Origin: Candidatus Latescibacterota bacterium
GTDB lineage: Bacteria > Latescibacterota > UBA2968 > UBA8231
Assembly (NCBI GenBank): GCA_963422735.1
Contig: OY730476.1
Location: forward strand, 3,456,001-3,520,000
Reading direction: 5' to 3'
DNA length: 64,000 bases
The notes under the pieces are model-generated. The model was given only the letters and a program-made list of their open reading frames with translations, made no database searches and was not told where the DNA came from. Below are positions 9,543 to 19,868 of this stretch, one piece after another; the stretch's first letter is position 1; each line of letters starts with the position of its first letter. A program made the translations under genes and the position numbers.

Positions 9543-10514
9543 GTGGAATTGACCAAGAGGCCCCGACGACTCAGGCGCTCAGAAGCGGTGCGCAGCTTGG
9601 TGCGCGAGACCCACTTGCGAGTCGATGATCTGATCTGTCCGCTGTTTGTCACCGAAGGCGAAAAAACGCGCCTCCCCATCGACGACATGCCCGGCCAATA
9701 TCGCTTCTCGGTTGACGAACTGGTTGATGAATGCCGCGAGTTGTGGGATTTGGGCATCCCGGCGGTCAACCTCTTCGGCTACTCGACCCAAAAGGACGAT
9801 AAGGCCACCCAGTCCTACGACCCGCAGGGCTTGGTTCAACGAGCGATCCGCAGCCTCAAGGCTGCGGTGCCCGAACTATGCGTGCAGACCGATGTGGCCC
9901 TCGACCCCTATACCCACCACGGGCACGACGGCTTGGTCGTCGATGGCGAGGTCGTCAACGACGAGACCATAGGGGTGTTGTGCAAGATGGCCCTTTCGCA
10001 CGCCGAAGCCGGCGTCGATTGGGTCGCGCCCTCAGACATGATGGACGGCCGAGTCGGAGGCATCCGCCGAGCACTCGACGCGGCCGGTTATAAAAACGTC
10101 GGCATCTTGGCGTATTCGGCTAAATATGCCTCGTGCTTTTACGGCCCGTTCCGCGACGCGCTCCAGTCAGCACCCAAGAAGGGCGATAAGAAGAGCTATC
10201 AGATGGATCCGGCTAATGGCCGCGAGGCGCTCAAGGAGATCGCGCTCGACATTGAGGAAGGAGCCGATGTGGTGATGGTCAAGCCGGCGCTGGCCTATCT
10301 CGACGTAATCGCCGCCGCTCGCCAAGCCTTTGACGTGCCGATTGCCGCGTACAATGTCTCTGGCGAGTTCGGGATGATTGTGGCGGCTGCGGAGCGGGGA
10401 TGGGTCAAGCGCGAGCAGGCCGTTATGGAAGTGTTGACCGGGATCAAGCGGGCTGGCGCAGACATGATCTTGACGTATTTCGCCAAAGAAGTCGCCGGGT
10501 ACTTGCGCGGATAA
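9543..10514 (+). CDS. hemB: Porphobilinogen synthase (ALA dehydratase)
   Basis: RPRRLR, DVALDPYTHHGHDG, APSDMMDGR, YSAKYAS.FYGPFRDA, MVKP, AYNVSGE. Confidence 0.97.
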   Translation: MELTKRPRRLRRSEAVRSLVRETHLRVDDLICPLFVTEGEKTRLPIDDMPGQYRFSVDELVDECRELWDLGIPAVNLFGYSTQKDDKATQSYDPQGLVQRAIRSLKAAVPELCVQTDVALDPYTHHGHDGLVVDGEVVNDETIGVLCKMALSHAEAGVDWVAPSDMMDGRVGGIRRALDAAGYKNVGILAYSAKYASCFYGPFRDALQSAPKKGDKKSYQMDPANGREALKEIALDIEEGADVVMVKPALAYLDVIAAARQAFDVPIAAYNVSGEFGMIVAAAERGWVKREQAVMEVLTGIKRAGADMILTYFAKEVAGYLRG

Positions 10515-10521
10515 CTCAACC

Positions 10522-11256
10522 ATGCAACTCAAAGACAAAGTCGCTCTCATCACGGGCGGGGGTCGCGGCATTGGCCGCGCTATCGCTAAGGGCTGCGCTG
10601 CCGAGGGTGCGCAAGTCGCTATTGCTGCGCGCAGCACGGCTCAGCTCGACGAAGTCGCCGCGGCGATTGACGCACAGGGCGGCGAATCCCTCGCTGTGCC
10701 GACCGATTTGCGGGTGTGCGCAGAGGTGGAACGCCTCGTGCAGAAAACAGTAGAGCGGTTCGGTCGGATCGATGTTCTCGTCAACAACGCCGGCATCAAT
10801 CCACGCGGGATGTTTTTAGACGCGACGGATGAGCAATGGGAGCAGGCGTGGCAAATTAACGTCATGGGCGTCGTCCGCTGTTGCCGCGCGGTATTGCCCA
10901 TTATGCAGCGACAGAGCAGCGGGAACATCATCAACGTCGGCTCCGGCATGGGGCAGGTCGGCCACGCGGGTCTCAGCGTCTATTGCGCGTCCAAAGCGGC
11001 CTTGCACGGATTGACCCAAGCCATCGCAGAAGAAGTGTGGAGCGAGGGCATCATCGCCAACGTTCTCATACCCGGTCCGGTCAAGACAGAGCTATCAAAA
11101 CCTTCTTGGCAAAAGGCTAGCAGCTTTCGCGCCGCAAGCGACCCGTGGAAGGAGCCAGAACAGGTCGTCGCCTCGGTGCTTTTCCTCGCCGCGCAGCCTC
11201 CAGCCAGTGGCATGACCGGCCAGATTCTCAGCATCATGCGTCGCACTAGTCCTTAA
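10522..11256 (+). CDS. Short-chain dehydrogenase/reductase
   Basis: TGGGRGIG, NNAG, YCASK motifs. Confidence 0.93.
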   Translation: MQLKDKVALITGGGRGIGRAIAKGCAAEGAQVAIAARSTAQLDEVAAAIDAQGGESLAVPTDLRVCAEVERLVQKTVERFGRIDVLVNNAGINPRGMFLDATDEQWEQAWQINVMGVVRCCRAVLPIMQRQSSGNIINVGSGMGQVGHAGLSVYCASKAALHGLTQAIAEEVWSEGIIANVLIPGPVKTELSKPSWQKASSFRAASDPWKEPEQVVASVLFLAAQPPASGMTGQILSIMRRTSP

Positions 11257-11287
11257 GAGCGTCTAACATCCAGCGGGGCTTTCAATC

Positions 11288-11730
11288 GTGAAATGGATGC
11301 CGATTGTTATCGATGCGGCAACCGCACTGTATGGCTGTAGCCCAAAAGTTCAAACTGAAACATATTCTGATGGACGGGTCAAAGCTCAATAGTACTACAA
11401 AAACGAGGCAAACGAGTTAATCAAACACGGGCCCTATACTGCATATTATATGAGCGGCAATCCGCAAGAACAGGGCATGTACAAGGACGACAAGGAAGAT
11501 AGAGAAATTGCCTACTACTTCGAAGATGGGACCAGAAAATCGGCAGAGACCTATAGAGCAGGTAAACTCCACGGTCCCTTTACAGACTATTATGAGGATG
11601 GAACCAAACGTTCGGAAGGAACCTATCAAGCGGGGCAGTTCCACGGAGCCTATACCAAGTACTATGCAAACGGGCAAGTAGAATTATCCGTAGTCTTCAA
11701 GGACGGTCAATGGCACGGCCCCTATATCAC
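11288..11730 (+). pseudogene. MORN-repeat (YwqK-like) lipoprotein remnant
   Basis: LYGC lipobox-like start, in-frame TAG at 11390-11392, repeats HGPFTDYYEDG/HGAYTKYYANG; similarity stops abruptly near 11730. Confidence 0.75.
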
Positions 11731-11734
11731 CCTC

Positions 11735-12540
11735 TGCCCGATGCGCGTGCGGATCAGCAGAGAGCTGCCCGAACCGACCACGTCAGGTTCCCGAGACTGG
11801 CCCGGCCGCCCAGATCAATCACGTCTGACTCGTAGTGCCCCACAAGGGCGTATCCATTGCCCCAGACCTCGAGCTCGTCAAATCTCCCACAAGGTGGGAT
11901 CGGGCAAGCTGATGGTGTCTGAGATGGCCACGTAGCGCACCACCTGCAAGGGGAGTTTTATACGGGCGAAAGGGTTGTCCGTCTGGGCCTTCTCCGCTAC
12001 CAGCGTCCAGTCTTTTACGACACTGAACCAGTGCCCTCCTAGAGGTAGTTTGAGTTCACTGAGACCAACCCCATCGTGGACCCAGACTTGGTATCCTCTC
12101 ATAAAGGCTTGTTCTAACCCTTCCCGGGGATAGAAGCTAAGACTGTCCACGCCGAAAGGTAGGTCCAAGATCAGAGTTACAGGGAGATCCGCTTTGTTTA
12201 CTCTGCTCTCTACGTTCCTGTCGGACAGATCCGGGAAAGCCGCACTGTGGTCGCCATTGATGGTTTTGGGCAACAACTCCACCCCTAGGCGAAAATCGGA
12301 ATCTACCCACCCACCCCTGTCCATAGAACTGAGGGACAAATTCTGGTTCGACGCGAAGACAGGTTGAAGCCAACCCTCCTCCGCCGTGTCGTCTAGCCCC
12401 TCAAAACTACCTGCAGCACTCCATGGATGGTCCGCGGTTCCAACCGTCCATCTAGCAGCTCCGAAAGCTGATTCTGCAAAGAGCAATAAGGCGCAGCTTA
12501 TCGGCAGCAACAGGCCATATTTTCGTCTGTTCACGTTCAT
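11735..12540 (-). pseudogene. N-terminal remnant of a large secreted protein (discoidin-like region)
   Basis: Signal peptide, ARWTVGTADHPW, SFYPR; after WEI a frameshift continues DELEVWGNGYALVGHYESDVIDLG...LLIRTRIG and then breaks off. Confidence 0.65.
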
Positions 12541-12556
12541 CTCTTGCGCCTAACCC

Positions 12557-12741
12557 TTAACTGGAACCGAGCCCGGCGAACACCACGATGAAAGCACTTG
12601 TGATGGTCTCTGGAGAGTCTCTGTTTTCAAACTTCCTTCTCTCCCACTGGTGGCCAATGTTCATAATGACCTCATAGCCCAGGTAGTTGTTATTGATAGA
12701 AACCTGCGACGTGATGACGCTGCCGAAAGAATCCCCTGTTC
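12557..12741 (-). pseudogene. C-terminal remnant of a putative outer-membrane beta-rich protein (paralog of 18343-19180)
   Basis: Frame not in the ORF track: TGDSFGSVITSQVSINNNYLGYEVIMNIGHQWERRKFENRDSPETITSAFIVVFAGLGSS*. Confidence 0.65.
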
Positions 12742-13037
12742 CTCACCCAGTAGTGATCGCCCTGCTGGTACACGAGGTTGATAGGAACCGATCGGATGCC
12801 TTGCAGATCGAATCCATCTACCAAGTAAACATCCAAGTCGCCATCGTTGTCATAGTCGAAGAAAGCCCCGCCCGCTCCGGTCGTTTCTATCAGAAAATAC
12901 TCCCCGGCAGCACCATTGGTATGGGTAAAGGAAATCCCGGATTGTGCCGTGACATCCGCGAATTGCACTGTCTGAGAGCCTGAATCACAAGCCGGCAGGC
13001 TCCAAGCCACGCAAAAAAGTAAGGCTATTTTTTGCAT
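12742..13037 (-). pseudogene. 5' remnant of a CRTAC1 / FG-GAP lipoprotein
   Basis: MQKIALLF...LPAC lipobox, FADVTAQSGISFTH, GAGGAFFDYDNDGDLDVY; truncated after about 100 aa. Confidence 0.8.
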
Positions 13038-13069
13038 CAAGAACCCCGCTTGACCTCGCGTTTCAAGCC

Positions 13070-14960
13070 TCATCCCACGGTAAGGCGATTCCCCGACATG
13101 CCGTTCCAGAAATCGATAATCAGCCACAGCCCTGCCGAGGTAAACATTCCCAGCGTCATACCTAAAAAGAATGGGCGCAGATGCCGATAGAGCGTAACGC
13201 CGCCGTATTTGAGAATGAAAACCTTGAGGAGCCAGGCGATAAAAATGGAAAACCACACTTGGTAGATCGGTGCTGTTAGACCAAGAGTCATACCCACTGG
13301 ATGGATGGGAAAACCGACGAAATGGCTTTTGATGTAGGTCATACAGCCCATCAATACCGCCCCGATTCCGGCAAACCCCAAGTGCCAGCCGTGTATCGGT
13401 TGGGGATTGTTGATATTCCGGGTGATCCAGTCGCCGGCAAAGTGGGACAGGCCATTGAAGAACCACCCATCCAGATTAATACCTCCATAGGTATAGGCTA
13501 GCGTAACGACAGACCAGATCGAACCGATGAGGCTGGCGATGATGGCCGCCATGATCACCCAGAACAGACGACGGTATTCCAGACGCACCACCTCGGCTAT
13601 TTTCAGACCGGTGGCGGCCGAAGCCATGACAAAAGTCCTGACGTCAGTTGCCCAAGCGAAGTTCAGACCGAGAATAGCCAGACCGCCCGGTCCCACCACC
13701 GAGGAGCCGAGGGCATTGACCGTCAAAACCGGGGCTGGCACCGGAGCCCGAGCATAGGCTAGGCCGGTCTGAGAAATGATGCGCGCCAAGCCGACGAAAA
13801 TCACTAGGGCCGAAATCAGGAAAATCAACGCGGGCGGCAGGTTCAGACCAGCGACTAGGAGCCAGGCCAGCGCCAGCAGACTTCCCAAGAAAGTGCCGAA
13901 CACCGCCGTCCGATAGGAGAGCAGTTCAGTGCTGTCATCGACGTGCTGGTCGCCTCGGAAAGCCTTGCGCAACACGTCCCTGAGATGCTATCGGCCATTC
14001 CAGAAACTCGCGCCGACGAGGAAAAATAGAGCCCCTAGGGCCAGATGCGCGACGCTGGGAGTTCCCGGATCGGAAAAAGGCTGAATAGGTCCGATGCTCC
14101 AGCCCATCATTCGCTCGATGCCCGTCTGCAGATGGGCCAGAAAGGCAAAGAACCACACCCCGAAGGAGACGTCCATACTGAGCAGATAGGAAAGACCGAT
14201 CACCTCAAACCGCGGCGTGAAGTTGAGACTGACGGAATCGCGCAGGATCAACAGAGAAATATTTAGGTTGATCCGGGGGATGAAATTGAAGTAGGCATGC
14301 AGGGCATTGATGCTGTTGATCGTAGCGGGGCTCAGGAAACCGATCCACATCAAAGGATTGTGCAGAAAGGCCGGCAGCCACCTGTCCTCCTGCCGGGTGC
14401 TCATCTCTAGGGGGAGAATGGCCAACGGGAACAGCAGCCGCTCGTGCTCAACCCACTGTTTGCGCAAGATGACCAACAGGCAGAGGGTGACGAAGTAGAT
14501 AGTGGTACTGAACAAGGACCAGGCCAGCAGCGGTGTACCCCACGCCTCCCACGGCACTCCCTCGCCGCGTGCGCTTCCCTCGAAGAGCTTCCACCGGGCC
14601 TCGCTATTTGTGGGGACCAGCCACTCGGGCAGATGCGGCACGATTGCCGAGGCCCAATCATTTGCCGAGGCCCAATCATTTTCAGGAGTGGCGTAGTAGA
14701 AGAAACCTCCCAGCAGAGGAATCAGGTTCATGGTGAGTCCCCAAGAGGGAATGGCCGAGGCCACGATCATCATGATGTACACGGTGGCCAGTTCGCCACT
14801 CCGCAACTGGGAACCGGTCAACAGCCTGGCGACGGGGTTGATCTAACAAAGTGAGCAGGAGAAAGAGGCAGAGAGCCGCCCCGGTGGAGAAATCGGCAGC
14901 CAGCGCGGACCCCCTCAAAAAGAGCACGCCATAAGGTTCGCCCGCGGCGGGAACGAGGCG
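13070..14960 (-). pseudogene. DUF6785/DUF6784-like (OPT-like) polytopic membrane protein, disrupted
   Basis: ORFs 13988..14821 and 13070..13975 are one frame split by TAG (FWNGR*HLRDVLRKAF); a frameshift near 14845; LRKQWVEHERLLFPL, FPIHPVG, KYGG..LY..LRPFFLG motifs. Confidence 0.75.
14644..14680. repeat. 18-bp perfect tandem duplication inside the membrane-protein gene
   Basis: TGCCGAGGCCCAATCATT twice, giving NDWASA-NDWASA in frame. Confidence 0.85.
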
Positions 14961-14961
14961 T

Positions 14962-16497
14962 TTAAGGTCCGCTTGCCGGCTCAAGTTCTGCGTATCGCTG
15001 GAAGAGCCGCAACTGCTGCGCCGCCCGGACCGTATCGCCCAGCGCACCATACGCCATCGCCAAGCCGTAGTGCCCGCTGGTCAGGGCGGAATCTAGCCGC
15101 AGTGCCTCCTCGAAGCGTCTGATCGCCGCACGGGGATCCCCTTCGCGCAGGTGAGCACTTCCTAGTCCGCTATGGGCATCGGCAGCATCGGGTACCAAGG
15201 CAAGGGCACGCTGAAACGAGCTGCGTGCCGCCGTCGTCTCTCCCGCTACTAGCTGCGCGGTTCCCAGATTGGTCCAAGCTTGGGCGTACCCATCCGCTAG
15301 ATCCACTGCCCGTCGATAGGCTTGGATCGCCTCCTCCAGCCGGCCGAGACGGAAGTAGGCGCTGCCCAAGTTGTGCCAAGCCTCGGCGTGGCTTGGTGCA
15401 ACGGCCAGTGCCTTTTCGTACTGCGCGGCCGCTCGTGCCGGCATCCCGAGCCGCGCTATGATCGTACCCAAGCCGATCAAGGCATTGACGTTACGCGCAT
15501 CGTCGGCCAACAGGGAGCGGTAGTGACGGATCCGATCGAAGTAGATATTGATGCGCTCGAAAGTCTCCATCTTCTGTTTCGCCTCGGTGGTCCGGCCCTG
15601 TCTCATAAAGAGCAGGGAGAGCTGGTAGTGAGCCTCCGGGAAGACTGGGTTCAACTCGACAGCGCGCTGCAGAGCCGCCTCGGACGCCGCCCACTGGCCG
15701 AGTTGCGCCTGCGCTGTCCCGAGGCCAACGTGGGCCTCGACGGCGACCGAATCTAGGCGCAGGGCCCGCTGGAAGGCCGCCACCGCTTGGTCGGCGCGTC
15801 CGAGTTGCAGCTCAGCACTACCAAGCTCTGTGTGCAGCAAGGGCTCGTTGGGTGAGCTTTCTAGCGCCTGCCGCAGAAGTCGGACACCTTCCTCACAGTC
15901 TCCGATCTTGGCGCAGTATATCCTGCCGAGGGCGACGTAGGGCAGGACATACTCCCCATCTAGTTCGATCGCTTGGCGCATCTGACGCACGGCCTCTTCG
16001 TAGGCGCTCTCCTTGGAGTAGGCTACTCCAAGATTGTAGCGGGACGGTGCGTGCTGAGGTGCCAGTTCGACGGCACGGCTATACGACCAGCGCGCTTCTG
16101 CGTATCGCTGTTGGTGCAGAGCGATCAGTCCCAGTCCACGGTGAGCGGCCACATCGTCGGCATTGAGATAGAGGGCGCGCTGGAAGGCGGCCACCGCCCT
16201 ATCCTTCTGGCCAAGGAGGGACAGGACCTGACCAGTGCCGGACCACGATCCGGCGTGACTCGAATCCGCGCGTAGAACGCGATCGAAGCAAGCGAGTGCT
16301 TCGCGATGGGAGCCGGCCCCCAGCACTGCCACCCCCAACTCGTAGCGAGCATCGAGATCGTCCGGGTCGTTCTCAACGGCGTGCCGGCTGGCAGCTAGAA
16401 GGGCCGCCGGGTCGGCCGGAGTTGTTTCGCATCCGAGCCCGGCCAGCAGGGCTATGACCCCTAAGATGCAACAAACAACTAGTGGGAAGGATGACAC
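14962..16497 (-). CDS. Tetratricopeptide-repeat lipoprotein
   Basis: LAGLGC lipobox; numerous TPR units (e.g. AEAWHNLGSAYFRLGRLEEAIQAYRRAV). Confidence 0.9.
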   Translation of the reverse strand: MSSFPLVVCCILGVIALLAGLGCETTPADPAALLAASRHAVENDPDDLDARYELGVAVLGAGSHREALACFDRVLRADSSHAGSWSGTGQVLSLLGQKDRAVAAFQRALYLNADDVAAHRGLGLIALHQQRYAEARWSYSRAVELAPQHAPSRYNLGVAYSKESAYEEAVRQMRQAIELDGEYVLPYVALGRIYCAKIGDCEEGVRLLRQALESSPNEPLLHTELGSAELQLGRADQAVAAFQRALRLDSVAVEAHVGLGTAQAQLGQWAASEAALQRAVELNPVFPEAHYQLSLLFMRQGRTTEAKQKMETFERINIYFDRIRHYRSLLADDARNVNALIGLGTIIARLGMPARAAAQYEKALAVAPSHAEAWHNLGSAYFRLGRLEEAIQAYRRAVDLADGYAQAWTNLGTAQLVAGETTAARSSFQRALALVPDAADAHSGLGSAHLREGDPRAAIRRFEEALRLDSALTSGHYGLAMAYGALGDTVRAAQQLRLFQRYAELEPASGP

Positions 16498-18266
16498 GGA
16501 GGCTCTCGGCCGGCTGCGTGGACAGAATGAGGCTCTAGACCCGCCGGCTCAGTGGCGATGAGGAACTGGTCAGCACTCACAGGCCCAATCCTCTGTGCGA
16601 TCCCGCTGGGCCAGCGGATGCAGATTTCATTGACCATTGTCCTTCCGCCCAGGCCGAAGTGAACCCTGAGATCGTTCTGGGATAGATAACCGCTGCCGCT
16701 GCGCACTTCCTTGGTCATTACTAGGTCCCCGGCCCGCACCGCGATCCGCGCACCGATCCCGTCGCGATTGCTCACCTGACCGACCGTTTTCACCGCGATC
16801 CAGTGGCCGCGGTTGCCGCCGTCATTCTGCAGTAGGACACCAGGGCCATTGTTGTTGCATACGTAGATGTCCGTGTCGCCGTCGTTATCGTAGTCGCTCA
16901 GAGCCGCACCGCGTCCGACGAGCTGCCATTGCAGGCCGGGCCCCGACCGCTGTGTCACGTCGGTGAAGGTGCCGTCCCCTTCGTTGCGGAACAACTGATC
17001 TCGTTGCGCGAAGGTGACGGCCTGGTCAAAGAACTGGACCTTGTCGTTCACGTGCCCGTTGGCCATAAAAAGATCTAGGTCGCCGTCGTTGTCGTAGTCA
17101 TAGAAATCCGTCCCGAAGGTCAGCACGGGAAGCGTCGCTGCGCCGACCCGAGTTAGGGCCGTGGCATCAAAGAAGACCCCCTTGCCTTCGTTGCGGTAGA
17201 GCCGGTTGTTCTCCCACTGAAAGTTGCAGACAACCAGATCGAAATCGCCGTCGCCATCGTAGTCCCCGAAGTCGGTCCCCATGCCGGCCTCGGGACGTCC
17301 TCCATTGTTCAGGGCCACGCCCGAGACCATGCCCACCTCGTTGAAGAAGCCCTTCCCGTCGTTGTTGAAGAGGAAGTTGGCCATACCGTCGTTGGCAACG
17401 TAGAGGTCTGCGTCCCCGTCGTCATCGTAGTCGCTGAAGACGACTCCTAGCTGCCGGCCCGCCTCGGTGTAGCCACCCACTTCCCGCGTAACGTCGGCAA
17501 AGCCCCCGGTGCCGTCGTTCCGGTAAAACACGCCCGAATCTCCCTCGTATTGCTCCGGATCACAATAGACACGGATCGCCCCCTGAAAACAGGCCTGATC
17601 CGCGTCCACGGAGAACTTGGCGTAGTTCGCCACGTAGAGATCGAGGTCCCCGTCCCGGTCCCAATCGGCGAAAGCAGCGCTTGAACCGACGCGCTCGTCG
17701 CCGACACCGGCGTCGTCGGTGACATCGGTGAACGTGCCGTTCCCGTGGTTCTGGTAGAGGATGTTGGCGCCGAAGTTCGTGACATACAGGTCCACGTAGC
17801 CGTCGTTGTCGACGTCCCCGGCGCACGTTCCCATCCCGTACGAGCGATCCCCCACGCCAGCGGCGGCTGTCACATCTTGGAACGATCCAGTCCCGTCGTT
17901 GCGGTAGAGGACATTCGCCGGCGGTTCGCCCTCGACCGCAAAACCCGGTAGAGGGCCGCTGTTGACGACGTAGAGATCTTGGTAGCCGTCCGCATCAAAG
18001 TCGAGGAAGGCAGCACCCGACCCGTACGTCTCCACATAATAGTAGCGGCCGCTGGCCCCATTCACGTGGGAAAAATTGATTCCGGCCTCAGCGGATATGT
18101 CCATGTACCGGACCCCAATTAGCTCGCCCCCGCCCGCTTCCAGTTCTGCGTTCTCGTCCCCGCATCCACCTCCGGCCAGACTGGCAAGCAGGAGCCACCC
18201 GAACAACCAACTGGCGGGCTGTCGATGACTTAGCCGGGGTTCAATCACTTTGGCTGGCAGGTGCAA
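16479..18266 (-). CDS. CRTAC1 family protein (FG-GAP repeats plus ASPIC/UnbV domain)
   Basis: Multiple DxDxDGxxD loops; C-terminal SNRDGIGARI, GSGYLSQ, HFGLG, IRWPSG. Confidence 0.92.
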   Translation of the reverse strand: MHLPAKVIEPRLSHRQPASWLFGWLLLASLAGGGCGDENAELEAGGGELIGVRYMDISAEAGINFSHVNGASGRYYYVETYGSGAAFLDFDADGYQDLYVVNSGPLPGFAVEGEPPANVLYRNDGTGSFQDVTAAAGVGDRSYGMGTCAGDVDNDGYVDLYVTNFGANILYQNHGNGTFTDVTDDAGVGDERVGSSAAFADWDRDGDLDLYVANYAKFSVDADQACFQGAIRVYCDPEQYEGDSGVFYRNDGTGGFADVTREVGGYTEAGRQLGVVFSDYDDDGDADLYVANDGMANFLFNNDGKGFFNEVGMVSGVALNNGGRPEAGMGTDFGDYDGDGDFDLVVCNFQWENNRLYRNEGKGVFFDATALTRVGAATLPVLTFGTDFYDYDNDGDLDLFMANGHVNDKVQFFDQAVTFAQRDQLFRNEGDGTFTDVTQRSGPGLQWQLVGRGAALSDYDNDGDTDIYVCNNNGPGVLLQNDGGNRGHWIAVKTVGQVSNRDGIGARIAVRAGDLVMTKEVRSGSGYLSQNDLRVHFGLGGRTMVNEICIRWPSGIAQRIGPVSADQFLIATEPAGLEPHSVHAAGREPPCHPSH

Positions 18267-18342
18267 ACGGCCCCAGAATTTTGCTAGGAGTCCAATAGAT
18301 TGGGCAGCAGGTAGTCAACCAAACGCAGCGGCTGTGCAACTC

Positions 18343-19180
18343 TCACTCTTGGAGGCCGGCAATCATCCTCAGAAAGATCACCGTATTCGACTCCGACTCG
18401 TCGCGGAAATTGCGCCTTTCCCAGCGGCAGCCAAAATTCGCCGTGAGTTGATACCCGAGATAGGCAGATGCGTTCGTAAACTGCGCTGCTAGCACAAACT
18501 GCTTAAAGTCGTCGAAATAGCCCACCGGTATCGGGTCCGGTCGCGACCTGAGATTGCGGAAGATCTCGTACTCGAGGCCAGATTCGAGCCAGAGCGTATT
18601 CGTAAGCTCGTTCTGACTCACGAGGAAGAAGATTCTGTGACAGTTCCTGCGTTTTGAGCTGATCGCGCTGGGCAGGCGTCTTGCTCATGTAGAGCTGTTT
18701 CCACTTGGGCTGAATCTTCCATAATGGACCTATGTCGATATTGTAGTCGGCCTTTGCGACCAGACCGAGCAGATGCTGATCCCGATCAATGCCCTCCTGA
18801 TCCCCACGCTGATGGTAGATCTCGTGCTTCAGCTTCGCGTGCAGGTTCAGCGGAGCCCAACGCAGGTAGTCGGCCTGTAGATAAGCCGTGTTGATCAAGG
18901 CATCCTGAGCGATCAATGGGTCGAGAACATCCTCCAGCCCGCCGCCGGACAGAGGGGGCTGAACCCAGATGATCACGTCGTCGGGGATGTTGTCTTGGAC
19001 GCTCCTCAGGAAGTCGAAGGACTGAAGATCCAAGCCGTGATTCGGATAGTCCGCTGCCCAGGTCAGCATGCCATAGGTCGCCTTGCTGCGTCGGTTACTG
19101 CCCAACAGGTCCTCTCGGAAACGACCGATCATCACGCGGCTGCCCGGCGTGATATCGACGCCGACGTAGATATTGTAGCA
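18343..19180 (-). pseudogene. C-terminal part of a large putative outer-membrane beta-barrel-like protein
   Basis: Alternating beta-strand pattern (YNIYVGVDI, LNLHAKLKHEIY, WKIQPKWKQLY); frameshift near 18630 joins ORFs 18503..19135 and 18343..18621; no own start codon. Confidence 0.6.
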
Positions 19181-19488
19181 TCGGTGACGCGGGCGAAACC
19201 ATAAAGGCGGTTGTCGCGATCCGCACCCGTCCAGCCCGTCATGATGATGACATCGATGTCAGCCTTGGAGGGAATCTCACCGGTGATGATCTCGATAATG
19301 TCGTCGGGACCATAGGCGAAGGTTTGGTCGAACCAACCCCAGTCATCACCATTGCCATCAATATTCATAGTGACGCCGGTCGGAATCTCCAAGGCGAAGT
19401 AACCGATACCGTTGGCATTACCGGCAAAGCTTGCGGATGTCCCCAGCAGCAACACTGTAGCTAGGAGGACAGCTTTCCTCAGCAACAT
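19180..19488 (-). pseudogene. N-terminal remnant of a secreted CBM9/DOMON-like protein
   Basis: AGGAG RBS, signal peptide, IDGNGDDW, GW...NRLYGFARVTD, then fused out of frame to another gene. Confidence 0.6.
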
Positions 19489-19679
19489 ACTTCTTCTCCT
19501 TCGTTGCGCTACGGGCGGGTTTCAGATACATCGCCCATAGCTTAGACGAATTAATCCCAGCACCGTCTCTCGGTGCTAAGGCACATCTTCGTGCAAAAAA
19601 GGGCCAAGATAAGTAAGATATCCAACGAATGTCAATGATGATATAGAATGATGATATAGATAAATGAGATACTATGTAT

Positions 19680-19770
19680 TGTCGCAAGATAACCGGCCGT
19701 ACAATGGCCTCTAACCACTGACAGCAAGAATAGCACAGACTCTTGCGACAGAAGTGGATGTTACTATAAT
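19680..19770. promoter_or_regulatory. Divergent sigma70-like promoter region
   Basis: TTGCGA-N16-TATAAT (19743-19770) on +; 10-bp inverted repeat TGTCGCAAGA (19680) / TCTTGCGACA (19741) in an AT-rich spacer. Confidence 0.5.
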
Positions 19771-19868
19771 GTCATATCCTTTCTAAGGGCATCAGACCAT
19801 CTCGAGCGGGCATTCCGCCGGTTCCCGCTCATTGTTGCGCCGCTTGCGCCGCGACTGGAGCGAATTAC

